Positions 9,964-18,364 are shown, counted from the stretch's first letter. The stretch is DNA of 32,000 nt from an uncultured archaeon (GCA_964648855.1 CAZYLT010000012.1:60001-92000); one strand, 5' to 3'. Numbers and translations are program-made. The notes: generated by a model not told the origin, from the sequence alone.

Positions 9964-10950
9964 CTATACAGTTTTGCCAATCATACTAACATTCTTTCGG
10001 TATTTAGCTAGCACATTGATGACCATCTGCTTCTGAACCCCAGCAGCTTCTGCAACTTCTGCAGTAGTTCTAGTACCATCACAGAATTTTAGGATATCTT
10101 CGTCTGCGTCCATCGCCTTCGAAAGATCGCCCTCAAATTTCGGACATTTTACGAATTGACCCATGGTGCCTGCCTTGGCGCCCTTGCCGTCTTCTGCTTC
10201 AATGGCTGGAACATCAACAATATTCCTCGATGCTGCCCATTTAATGCACTCTATAACTCGCTCTGTAGGTTGAAACATCGAGTCTGCAACTTGAGCAACA
10301 CTCACGTTGCCATCAACCAGCATCAAGACATCAAACCCGAAGTTCCGATATGTCTTTTTCATCTCGGATGATAATTCAGAGTCTAGTGACAAGGTAGTGG
10401 CATATGCAGCTCCCCGTTTAGGAATCGTGGTCGGGATAACCTTGAAGTCATCAGGAGACCTTTCTTCAGGGGGAGCCTCCTCTGATTCTACTTCTGGTTC
10501 CGCTTCAGCAGTGACCAGTACTTCAGCAGCGGGTTCTTCTGCAGCTGTAGAGGCTGCTTGAATACCTATACTCTCTAGTACCTGTAGATTACCTTCAGCA
10601 GACTCCTCGAATTCATCCGGAGGAGGTGGAAGTTCTATTCCCTCTAGCATTCTAAGTACATTCTTGGTCTTTGCTATAGCCAATCCAAGCTGCAGCTCAG
10701 GCACATACAGAACAGTCAGAATCCAGTGCTCATCTACAGGGGATAATACAACGAGGCCTTTCTCGGTATCAATAGTCATGAGTCTTAAATCAGACTTGTA
10801 TAGCGAGATGCTATCTTTGACTCTTGGAAAGAGCTCGTCGGGGAATGAAAAACTAACGAAGGGTCGACCTCCGCTTGTCATCAATGAGTATCCCAGCACT
10901 TGGTCATCAAATCGGAGTTTTGAGAGTGCTCTTTCTAAATCGGTGGACAT
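9964..10950 (-). CDS. Roadblock/LC7-like domain + acidic linker + two winged-helix-like domains (paralog B)
   Basis: N-terminal alpha-beta-beta-alpha-beta-beta-beta-alpha pattern ending LGLAIAK; Pro/Glu-rich linker; LMLVDGNVSVAQVA and LKFCDGTRTTAEVAE HTH-like motifs. GAGGA upstream. Confidence 0.7.
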   Translation of the reverse strand: MSTDLERALSKLRFDDQVLGYSLMTSGGRPFVSFSFPDELFPRVKDSISLYKSDLRLMTIDTEKGLVVLSPVDEHWILTVLYVPELQLGLAIAKTKNVLRMLEGIELPPPPDEFEESAEGNLQVLESIGIQAASTAAEEPAAEVLVTAEAEPEVESEEAPPEERSPDDFKVIPTTIPKRGAAYATTLSLDSELSSEMKKTYRNFGFDVLMLVDGNVSVAQVADSMFQPTERVIECIKWAASRNIVDVPAIEAEDGKGAKAGTMGQFVKCPKFEGDLSKAMDADEDILKFCDGTRTTAEVAEAAGVQKQMVINVLAKYRKNVSMIGKTV

Positions 10951-11175
10951 GATTGTATTCCTCGAATCCTCTGGTTGTGGTCTAAAGCTGCGCTTCCGAT
11001 TCTTCCTTCCCGAGTATAGTGAAAAGGGTTGCGGTAATGAATCACAGGTCCATGACGAGCGATTGCATGATTATCGTGAGAATGAGGAAGAAGATACATT
11101 TCAGTGGTCGTAGTGGCGATGGCAACAACATTAAGAGGCATTCTCATAACTACCAGCTGGTAGAGGTCAGAGAAA

Positions 11176-11769
11176 ATGCGAAATTTTGCAGGAGGTTTTG
11201 TCGGGTCAATTTTGGCTATGGCATTGGCTTATTTCTTGATAGACAACACATCAATCGCCTATCCTGAGAATGTAGAGCTGGTAGGCTTCCTGCTCACAGG
11301 CTCAGTCATACTCTCGGGGTCTCTAGAGAGCATTATTTCGCTCAATTCCATATTGGAACTCATAGTATTGTGGGGACTAGTCGGTCTAATAGTTGCACCG
11401 TTCGGGGTTAGCGAATGGAACTTGCTTAGAACCGCGGTTTGGATGGGCGGAATAATAGCAACGTTCGCTCTCTCATCCACATTATCAGTAAATCCCGGTT
11501 TTTGGGTCCAAAACGATCGAAACCTGCTCCTAGCCATTCTCTATGCGAAAACAATCATTGCTTCTCTAATCTCAGTTCCATTCTCATTTTTGGTCTTCAA
11601 TGCAAAGAAGCGGTGGCTGAGAAAAGGACCGGAACCGGTACCTGAAAAGATAGAAACAGTCTGTGAGTGCGGGGCAATCTACAAGTCAAATCCTCTTATT
11701 TGTGTAGAGTGTGGCCGACAGCTTCGAGGGCAGACAGAAGAAAAATCGGGTGAATTATCTGGGTCGTGA
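11176..11769 (+). CDS. Predicted ~4-TM membrane protein with C-terminal zinc ribbon
   Basis: Hydrophobic helices followed by CECG-x8-CVECG. GAGGT upstream. Confidence 0.75.
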   Translation: MRNFAGGFVGSILAMALAYFLIDNTSIAYPENVELVGFLLTGSVILSGSLESIISLNSILELIVLWGLVGLIVAPFGVSEWNLLRTAVWMGGIIATFALSSTLSVNPGFWVQNDRNLLLAILYAKTIIASLISVPFSFLVFNAKKRWLRKGPEPVPEKIETVCECGAIYKSNPLICVECGRQLRGQTEEKSGELSGS

Positions 11770-12270
11770 GATTCCACCGCCCAAAAGGCCACCCACAACA
11801 CTGGCAATTGCTGGATAAAGAGCACCCTCTAGCACAACTTGCAATATCAGCATTGATTGACCGCCGATTATTGCGGCGTAGTCAGTGGTTTGCACCAAAA
11901 AAATCAACAGCCAACTCAGAAAAGCCCCAATAATCACCGCAAATAGAGCAGCAAATATACCCTGAACAATGTCACGGGAAAGAAGACCAGCAATAAGGCC
12001 ACCAGTCCCCCAAACCAAGAACGTTAGAACTTGGCTGCCTGTTGCTCCGTATCCAATGTACATCCCGATGTTTACACCACTCAGTGTTGTTGGATAAAGA
12101 ACTGTGGAGATAATAACCAGTTTGAGTTCGAGGTCACTTCTATCCAAGAAGTCGCTTATGATTGTGGGATCAATTACTTCTGGCGGAATAGCAATACCGA
12201 TGGTTAAAATAACGAAAGTCAAAGCAAAAGCAACCACCAATCCTGCCAGTGTGCCGATTCCTTGACCCAA
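11755..12270 (-). CDS. Predicted ~4-TM glycine-rich membrane protein
   Basis: Highly hydrophobic with WGTGGLIAG and GGLLGGG motifs. GGAGGA upstream of the TTG start. Confidence 0.75.
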   Translation of the reverse strand: MGQGIGTLAGLVVAFALTFVILTIGIAIPPEVIDPTIISDFLDRSDLELKLVIISTVLYPTTLSGVNIGMYIGYGATGSQVLTFLVWGTGGLIAGLLSRDIVQGIFAALFAVIIGAFLSWLLIFLVQTTDYAAIIGGQSMLILQVVLEGALYPAIASVVGGLLGGGISRPR

Positions 12271-12353
12271 TCTATGTCCTCCATATCAAACTGATATTAC
12301 AATTCGAATGTAGTGTTTTAAGCATATTCAAGAGCGATTTCTATCTGGATACT

Positions 12354-12860
12354 CTAATCCAATTTTCTTAGGGTCCATGTGCAAACATCGTCACCCAATG
12401 CTTTACAGGACTCCTGAAATGAGTCAGCATTAAAGCCGCGCAATTTCATGACTGCATCGAATACTCCACTGACTAGATTGCAGTATTGTAGCCCTGGCAT
12501 ATCAGTAATCTGAACACCTTCACATATTGGACAATTGGCATCTGTAAACTTGATAGTCCTCTCGTCATCACTGATCCAAACGCCCGTGAAGTCTTGTCCA
12601 GAATTAACTTTGTAAGCCAACTGAAGCGTGTTGGAGAATTCTGCAAAACTAGCCGCATGATCTTTGATTCTATCAGCGTAGTCCATCAAGAGAGTTTCAC
12701 CCACCTTGAATCCAACATCCTTCATTTTCCTGTTTATCTCGTCCACACTCTCACTTGTTGTCATCAGCATATTCTGCAGCTCTCGATAAGTAGCTTGAAA
12801 TAGTGTTTTTGATACTTTGTCAATTTTGAGAGCCCAAGCGAGTTTTCCTTTGATACCCAT
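12354..12860 (-). CDS. Bet3/TRAPPC3-like V4R-fold protein (copy A)
   Basis: LFQATYREL...EINRKMKDVGFKVGETLLMDY...GLQYCNLVSGV resembles TRAPPC3/Bet3 (LFTLTYGAL...VNKQLDKMGFNIGVRLIEDF...LIYSNLLCGV, recalled from memory). V4R-type ESCKALGDDVC C-terminus. Confidence 0.8.
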   Translation of the reverse strand: MGIKGKLAWALKIDKVSKTLFQATYRELQNMLMTTSESVDEINRKMKDVGFKVGETLLMDYADRIKDHAASFAEFSNTLQLAYKVNSGQDFTGVWISDDERTIKFTDANCPICEGVQITDMPGLQYCNLVSGVFDAVMKLRGFNADSFQESCKALGDDVCTWTLRKLD

Positions 12861-12875
12861 AGTATTACCTTCATT

Positions 12876-13802
12876 TTATATTCTTGATTTACGCACGAAC
12901 TTCACTGCTTTCCCTCTATATGGAACTACACTCTGTAGAGCCTGAAAATATGGAATATTCAACAACTGTGCAATTTCTTGTAAGGTGTGAGTGCCATCAC
13001 ATTTTTCGATAACATCACGATGTTCCTTCTTTATCTTGTTGATTTCTCCCTCAAAAATAGGAACTTCGACAAGTTCCTTCTTTTCTAAAGCTTGTTCCTC
13101 AGGACATTCGGCCGAAATAATCTTCCGTGAAACGCACCAGCGAAGAACATCCATTACTTTTTCAACTTGCCGTGCCACGGCTTCAGCAATCTTGAAGGCG
13201 GTTCGACGTTCATCAACCATCATAAGAATATCAAGAGCTGTGTTTCCAAATTCGGCTGTGAGCTCTGTATTTACAGGGGTGTTTGTTGCCATTGATTGAC
13301 TGTAGTTTTCGTCTCGGTGAATTATGCAGCCATGTCGCATTTCCACTTCATCAGGGGAAAATGATTGCCGCGGGGTTTCGACAACAGGCGATTCCTGTGC
13401 CGTGATTGCTTCTATTTGGACGACTTCCGTAACTTCTTCGTCTGAAACATCTGGATCCGGCACATATACTGAACTGGGAGGAGAAGGCAAATCAACTTCA
13501 CCTAACAACTCCATTACGTTTCGTGTCTTCTGCAATGCCATCCCTAAGGACTCTTCAGCATCGAAAAGGACCCCCAGAACCCAATAGTTGTCAACCCGCG
13601 CTAGAACAACTGTTCCTGCACCGCTCATGATGTTCATCAGTTTCAGGGATTCTGCATGAATTTCCAGAGTTTCCTTAATTGTAGGGAGAATTTCATCAGG
13701 TAGAGAGAAAGAGAGGAAGGGAGTTCCATCGTTGGTGAAAAGAGCATAGCCATTAACCGACTGATCAAATCGGAGTTTCGTTAATACTCGCTCTAGTTCC
13801 AT
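12876..13802 (-). CDS. Roadblock/LC7-like domain + acidic linker + two winged-helix-like domains (paralog A)
   Basis: Aligns without gaps to 9964-10950 over the first ~107 aa. The start is placed at the ATG at 13802 (MELERV), matching the paralog and removing the overlap with the PfkB gene. Confidence 0.7.
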   Translation of the reverse strand: MELERVLTKLRFDQSVNGYALFTNDGTPFLSFSLPDEILPTIKETLEIHAESLKLMNIMSGAGTVVLARVDNYWVLGVLFDAEESLGMALQKTRNVMELLGEVDLPSPPSSVYVPDPDVSDEEVTEVVQIEAITAQESPVVETPRQSFSPDEVEMRHGCIIHRDENYSQSMATNTPVNTELTAEFGNTALDILMMVDERRTAFKIAEAVARQVEKVMDVLRWCVSRKIISAECPEEQALEKKELVEVPIFEGEINKIKKEHRDVIEKCDGTHTLQEIAQLLNIPYFQALQSVVPYRGKAVKFVRKSRI

Positions 13803-13839
13803 TAATGCTTCCCTAACCTGTAAGTTCTGACGCGTCTTA

Positions 13840-14946
13840 TTATCCTCTGGCAGATTTAAGTAACTTTGTGCCATGAATTGAAACGTCAGGATTGGACTCT
13901 AAAAACGAAATTAGCTGGTTCAGTGATGGATGTGTTGCATCTTTAGACGAAACATAAAGTGCTGCAACAGCATTTGCTAGAGCTAATCGGTCAAGAGAAT
14001 CGAGATTATTCAAGAGTCCAAATATATTGCCAGCATTCCAAGCATCACCAGCCCCACATAATGTTCTCTCGGTTACATTGAAACTGGGGAAGGAAACAGT
14101 CTCTGAGTTTTGAATAGAAGATGAAAAGAAAGGCGTGTGAAGATCGATTTGACAGTTTATATGCTTCGATAATATTTGAGCGGATTCGAGCCATCTTTCA
14201 GGCGTTTCTACAATCTCTTGCCAATCACTGGAGGCCCCGCTCAGAGCACGAAAAAGCCATGCAGCCTCATTTTCATTTACGCCCAATACATCAATCAAGT
14301 TTGAGGGAAATATTCTGTCAACGAGGTCCGCAACCATATCAGGGCGATTTGAGGGATCACCAATATCGAGATATGTAATCGCATCGCTTTCAGATCGAAC
14401 AAATTCAAACAGATTCTCTGTTAATTCCATTGCCGCAAGGTTGTGATTTAGATTAACCAGAACCACCATCTTTGATTCTTTGATTGATTCTAAGTCGCTT
14501 TCAGTCAAATCTTCAAACCTGAATTGCTTTGCAGAGCCACTGTCACTCATCATAACATTGGCCCTTCGTCCTTCATAGTTGCCCTCCAATGAAACTGTGG
14601 CTGACAAAGAACCGTCTGTATGAATGTGGGATAAGTCCATAGAGGATTCAACAAGGCTTTCGAGTAGGCGATACCCATATGCATCAGTTGTGATTATTGG
14701 AACAGCTGGAACAGCTAATCTAAGAAGGGCTGATGATGTGTTAATGGCATTACCACCCTTCCGGACGAATTGTGTATTACCAAGAATGTTGCCACCGCCC
14801 TGTTTAGCTATTCTCCGGATACTGTCAAGGAGATCCTCCAAATCTTCCACAATCACAAAGTGGTCTAGAAAGAAGTCAGGCAAAACGGTGACTTGTGGAC
14901 ACTCTGTTTCCTTTTTCAGAATTGATATGAGATTTGTATATACCAC
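13840..14946 (-). CDS. PfkB/ribokinase family carbohydrate kinase
   Basis: GGNAINTS, NENEA and the anion-hole motif CGAGDAWNAG. Confidence 0.88.
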   Translation of the reverse strand: MVYTNLISILKKETECPQVTVLPDFFLDHFVIVEDLEDLLDSIRRIAKQGGGNILGNTQFVRKGGNAINTSSALLRLAVPAVPIITTDAYGYRLLESLVESSMDLSHIHTDGSLSATVSLEGNYEGRRANVMMSDSGSAKQFRFEDLTESDLESIKESKMVVLVNLNHNLAAMELTENLFEFVRSESDAITYLDIGDPSNRPDMVADLVDRIFPSNLIDVLGVNENEAAWLFRALSGASSDWQEIVETPERWLESAQILSKHINCQIDLHTPFFSSSIQNSETVSFPSFNVTERTLCGAGDAWNAGNIFGLLNNLDSLDRLALANAVAALYVSSKDATHPSLNQLISFLESNPDVSIHGTKLLKSARG

Positions 14947-14983
14947 TAGAATCGCCCCTATTGGGACGTATTCAGCAATAAGT

Positions 14984-15427
14984 TTAGACCTTCTTAAGAG
15001 CTGCTTTCACCATTGAGGTGATTTTGTCCTCATCAATTCCAGTCTTGTTAGTTGTCTTCTCAATATCGCAATAAGCCAAGTCAGAGATGGTCAGGATTCC
15101 TGCACCAGCAAGTGCTTCAGCATTTGCTTTGCTTACGCCACGAATTGATGACAGCTCCTCAATTGCTGTGGCAACATTGGTTGCAGGCTCTTCAAGGGAC
15201 ATCGCCTCGATAATGTCATCAATCTCTGCAACATAGTTCTTCAGAGCTTCAACGTTCTCTTCATGGAGCGTTCTCCGTCTGAGGTCAACAATGAGCCCCA
15301 TATCTCTGGTCTCAGGGATAGTGAGATCAGCTGCTTCAATCTCCTTCTGACTGAATCCACGTCCAATACGCGGCCGTTTGTCTTTGGGTGCTCGTACAAC
15401 AGGTTCAGGTGTTATGTCGAAGCTCAT
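14984..15427 (-). CDS. rpl13e: Ribosomal protein eL13 (L13e) with C-terminal helix-hairpin-helix domain
   Basis: RIGRGFSQKEI...GLIVDLRRRTLHEENVEALK is the archaeal L13e signature, followed by LSSIRGVSKANAEALAGAGILTISDLA. The ATG at 15427 is preferred. Confidence 0.85.
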   Translation of the reverse strand: MSFDITPEPVVRAPKDKRPRIGRGFSQKEIEAADLTIPETRDMGLIVDLRRRTLHEENVEALKNYVAEIDDIIEAMSLEEPATNVATAIEELSSIRGVSKANAEALAGAGILTISDLAYCDIEKTTNKTGIDEDKITSMVKAALKKV

Positions 15428-15730
15428 TTTTTCGTTGGCTCCTATCCAGAACCATCGACTCGACAAAGCGCTTATTAGGCTTTCGAGATGGCACAAATTC
15501 AACTAATCGCTATATCGACCTATGCCGCAAAATCCATGGTGCAGCAATCTCCACCAATGCTGCTAGAATGATAGAAAGCAAGAGAGGAGGAACTGAGCAA
15601 TATTAACAAACTGAAGTGCAGGATAATCCAACTCAATCTAGTGTATGAATCATAAATACATACCCTCCATGGTGATTTTACGTATATCCTTATTAATTGA
15701 GTAATGAAAGCAAAAAGCACTACGTGGCTT

Positions 15731-16561
15731 CTAGAACTGGTCTAACGAGGTCTGCTCGATAGCGAGCTTTGCTTGCATTGATTCTAGCTTTTTCTTCTGA
15801 CGAGGCTCAATAACATCCAACATCTCCAGCATTTGCAGAGCATTTAACGGAGCGTATCCAAAGAAATGGTTGTTGAAGTATCCCAACACGGTATCGTTGT
15901 TGTCCTTGAGCTTCTCTAACCTCGGTTTCCACTCCTCCAGTTCATCCATCGAGTATTTGTACTTGTACCATGGATTGGTGCCGTGACCATGCCAACGAAC
16001 ATACGCAAAATCCGTTGTTGTACGCATGTTGACCGCCAGACGTGGTTCGTCAACAATGACGTGAGCAATGTCATATTGTTCTAGGAGTTGCCAAGTTCCT
16101 GGACATAACCAACTCTCATGCCTAAACTCAATTGCATATCTAAAGGAGGCATCCAATTCTGAGAGAAATGTTTCCAAATCAGCCATTTTATCGATGTGCC
16201 AGGGAGGCAATTGAATCAGTAATGCAGCAAGACGATCAACAATAGGGCGGAGTAGTGTGAAGTATTCGTGAAGTACTTGCCCGCCATCGCCAGAGATATC
16301 AAGTCGATTATCGTGCGTGACCTTCTTAGGTAGCTTTGCTGTGAAAAACTTCGTTTCATCTACACTCGTTTTCAGGTGCTGAATGAACCCTCTCTTTGGG
16401 AGCGCATAGAAAGTTGAGTTGATCTCCGCAGTATCGAAGTAAGTAAGATACTGTTGCAGCAAGGAAGACATCGAATGATAGAATATCTCCTTCCATCCAG
16501 TAGAGTCTTTGTAAGACCAACCACTAGTGCCAATATGCAGTCCTGAAATCATTGCTTCCAC
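15731..16561 (-). CDS. DUF72 domain protein
   Basis: IGTSGWSY, EINSTFY, LIQLPP, AIEFRHESW, YVRWHG, YFNNH. Confidence 0.93.
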   Translation of the reverse strand: MEAMISGLHIGTSGWSYKDSTGWKEIFYHSMSSLLQQYLTYFDTAEINSTFYALPKRGFIQHLKTSVDETKFFTAKLPKKVTHDNRLDISGDGGQVLHEYFTLLRPIVDRLAALLIQLPPWHIDKMADLETFLSELDASFRYAIEFRHESWLCPGTWQLLEQYDIAHVIVDEPRLAVNMRTTTDFAYVRWHGHGTNPWYKYKYSMDELEEWKPRLEKLKDNNDTVLGYFNNHFFGYAPLNALQMLEMLDVIEPRQKKKLESMQAKLAIEQTSLDQF

Positions 16562-16672
16562 AAATACCCCAATGGTTTTGGCTCTTTGCGTGAATGAAAT
16601 TCATCCCAGCTAGCTTACTACGTCTAAGAAGAGATTCAAAAGGGATGAAGACATCTTATTTCTTGATTCAAG

Positions 16673-16990
16673 ATGAAGGCAGAAAACGTCAAAGCCGAGT
16701 TTTCTAATCTCAGCATACATATGGGTGACTTCGGTCATTCAAAATTCAAAATGAAATGTGATGTCACATACGAGGACATGATGCTAGTGATGGACGACGG
16801 GAAACGGGTCGCTCGCCTCCATGCTCGCAACATCAATAATGTGCATCTCGAAAAGAAGGCCATACGAATCTCAGCCATGAATTTCGAGATCAAAGAGAAG
16901 GAAGATGTCAGTGTGGCTACTGGGTCAATTAGGTTAGAATTAGGTGATGAAGCCAAGGCATGGTATGAGGAGCTTTGGGGTTATTCTTGA
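16673..16990 (+). CDS. Hypothetical protein, possibly PH-like fold
   Basis: 105 aa of beta-strand-like segments ending in a single amphipathic helix with Trp (DEAKAWYEELW). Confidence 0.65.
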   Translation: MKAENVKAEFSNLSIHMGDFGHSKFKMKCDVTYEDMMLVMDDGKRVARLHARNINNVHLEKKAIRISAMNFEIKEKEDVSVATGSIRLELGDEAKAWYEELWGYS

Positions 16991-17058
16991 GCTTAGAACA
17001 CATTTTTTAGTGCATATTTATTTGCATGACGATGCCTTTAATCAGGGGTTAAGTGCAA

Positions 17059-18363
17059 ATGGCTGGAAAAATTGAGTACATTGAGTATCGACTAGCGGAC
17101 ATCCTTGGTCAACTAAGAGGAATGGTGGTTCCCTGCGAGCCTGTCGATAGCCTCGAGGAGCTGAAGAAGAACCCGGAGCTTCTTGAAGGGACAAGCGTTG
17201 ATGGTAGCTCCATTCTAGGTCTATCGAGAGTAGAATCATCCGACCTCAGACTGGATCCAGACCCCAATTCTCTGGTGGAACTACCATACTCGCATCATCG
17301 GACAGCAGCTGTCATGTGTTTTGTACGTGACAAGGCGTTTGCCGATAAGAAGGAGTTCTATCCAAAGGATACAAGAGGTGTTCTTCACCGTGTCTGTGAA
17401 CAGTATCTTGCTCCAGAGATGATGCTGAAGACAAAGGTCGAACCTGAATTCTACTTCACCTCCATGGATGGAGAGCCCTTTGATTTTGCACAGTATGCCG
17501 CAACCTTTCCCATGAATTCAAGTCAGACTATCCTCTTAGATATTGCCAGTGCAGTTCGAAGTACGGGTGTAGGCGTTCATGTCATCCACCACGAGGTTGG
17601 AATAGCACAGCAAGAAGTAGAACTGGCATACGAAGAGGTCCTTCGTGCATCAGACAATATTCTGCTGTTCAAGAATGTCGCCAGAGCAATAGCTGCGAAG
17701 AATGGAATAGATGTTACCTTCATGCCCAAGCCATTTTCGGACCAGGCAGGAACTGGTCTTCATTGCCACCTCCAGCTCTGGGAGAAAGGAGAGAATCTAT
17801 TCGGTGACAAGGAGAATGATTCCCTTTCTGATACTGCAAAGAGCTTCTTGGCAGGATTGATGAAGCATGCACCGGCAATCACAGCAATTGCCAATCCGAC
17901 CATTAATTCTTACAAGCGATTGGAACCCCATCAGGAAGCACCTGTGTACATTTCCTGGGGGATGCAGAATAGAACAACTCTCATACGTGTGCCTCTGTTT
18001 CAGAAATCAAGCAAGGCAGCCATTGAATTTCGGTCTCCTGACCCAACATCAAATCCATACTTAGTTTTTGCATCTATTATTGCTGCGGGGATGGAAGGAG
18101 TGAGAGAAGAAATGAAACCAATCCAACCAGTTGAAGGCGATGTGTTCCATATGGCTGACTCTCAGAGGGATGAAATGGGAATCAAATCGCTTCCAGTTAC
18201 GCTGAAAGAAGCACTTGAGCATCTGAAAAGGGACAGGCTCATCAGCGAGGCGCTCGGAAAAGAAATCATCGATACATACATTGACATCAAGCTTGGTGAA
18301 TGGAATGATTTCATTTCTCATAGTGTGACTGATTGGGAATGGAATACGTACTTTGACATGTAG
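17059..18363 (+). CDS. glnA: Glutamine synthetase family protein (GSI-like)
   Basis: DGSSI...ESSDL, EPEFY, HHEVG..QQEV, TFMPKP, GTGLHCH, NSYKRL..HQEAP, NRTTLIRVP, EFRSPD. Confidence 0.9.
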   Translation: MAGKIEYIEYRLADILGQLRGMVVPCEPVDSLEELKKNPELLEGTSVDGSSILGLSRVESSDLRLDPDPNSLVELPYSHHRTAAVMCFVRDKAFADKKEFYPKDTRGVLHRVCEQYLAPEMMLKTKVEPEFYFTSMDGEPFDFAQYAATFPMNSSQTILLDIASAVRSTGVGVHVIHHEVGIAQQEVELAYEEVLRASDNILLFKNVARAIAAKNGIDVTFMPKPFSDQAGTGLHCHLQLWEKGENLFGDKENDSLSDTAKSFLAGLMKHAPAITAIANPTINSYKRLEPHQEAPVYISWGMQNRTTLIRVPLFQKSSKAAIEFRSPDPTSNPYLVFASIIAAGMEGVREEMKPIQPVEGDVFHMADSQRDEMGIKSLPVTLKEALEHLKRDRLISEALGKEIIDTYIDIKLGEWNDFISHSVTDWEWNTYFDM

Positions 18364-18364
18364 G

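Noticed and set aside
10440-10630. Low-complexity GCA/GAA-rich DNA resembling a repeat
   Set aside because: It is explained by the Ala/Glu/Pro-rich protein linker; there is no regular repeat unit.
10664-11267. Several 70-150 aa ORFs across the divergent intergenic region
   Set aside because: They are antisense to or overlap better-supported genes and show no recognisable motifs. The same applies to the other short shadow ORFs in the track.
13803-13874. Longer start for roadblock-WH paralog A
   Set aside because: It overlaps the PfkB gene, and the paralog alignment begins at MELERV (13802).
15428-15502. N-terminal extension of eL13
   Set aside because: TTG start with no family resemblance; the ATG at 15427 fits better.
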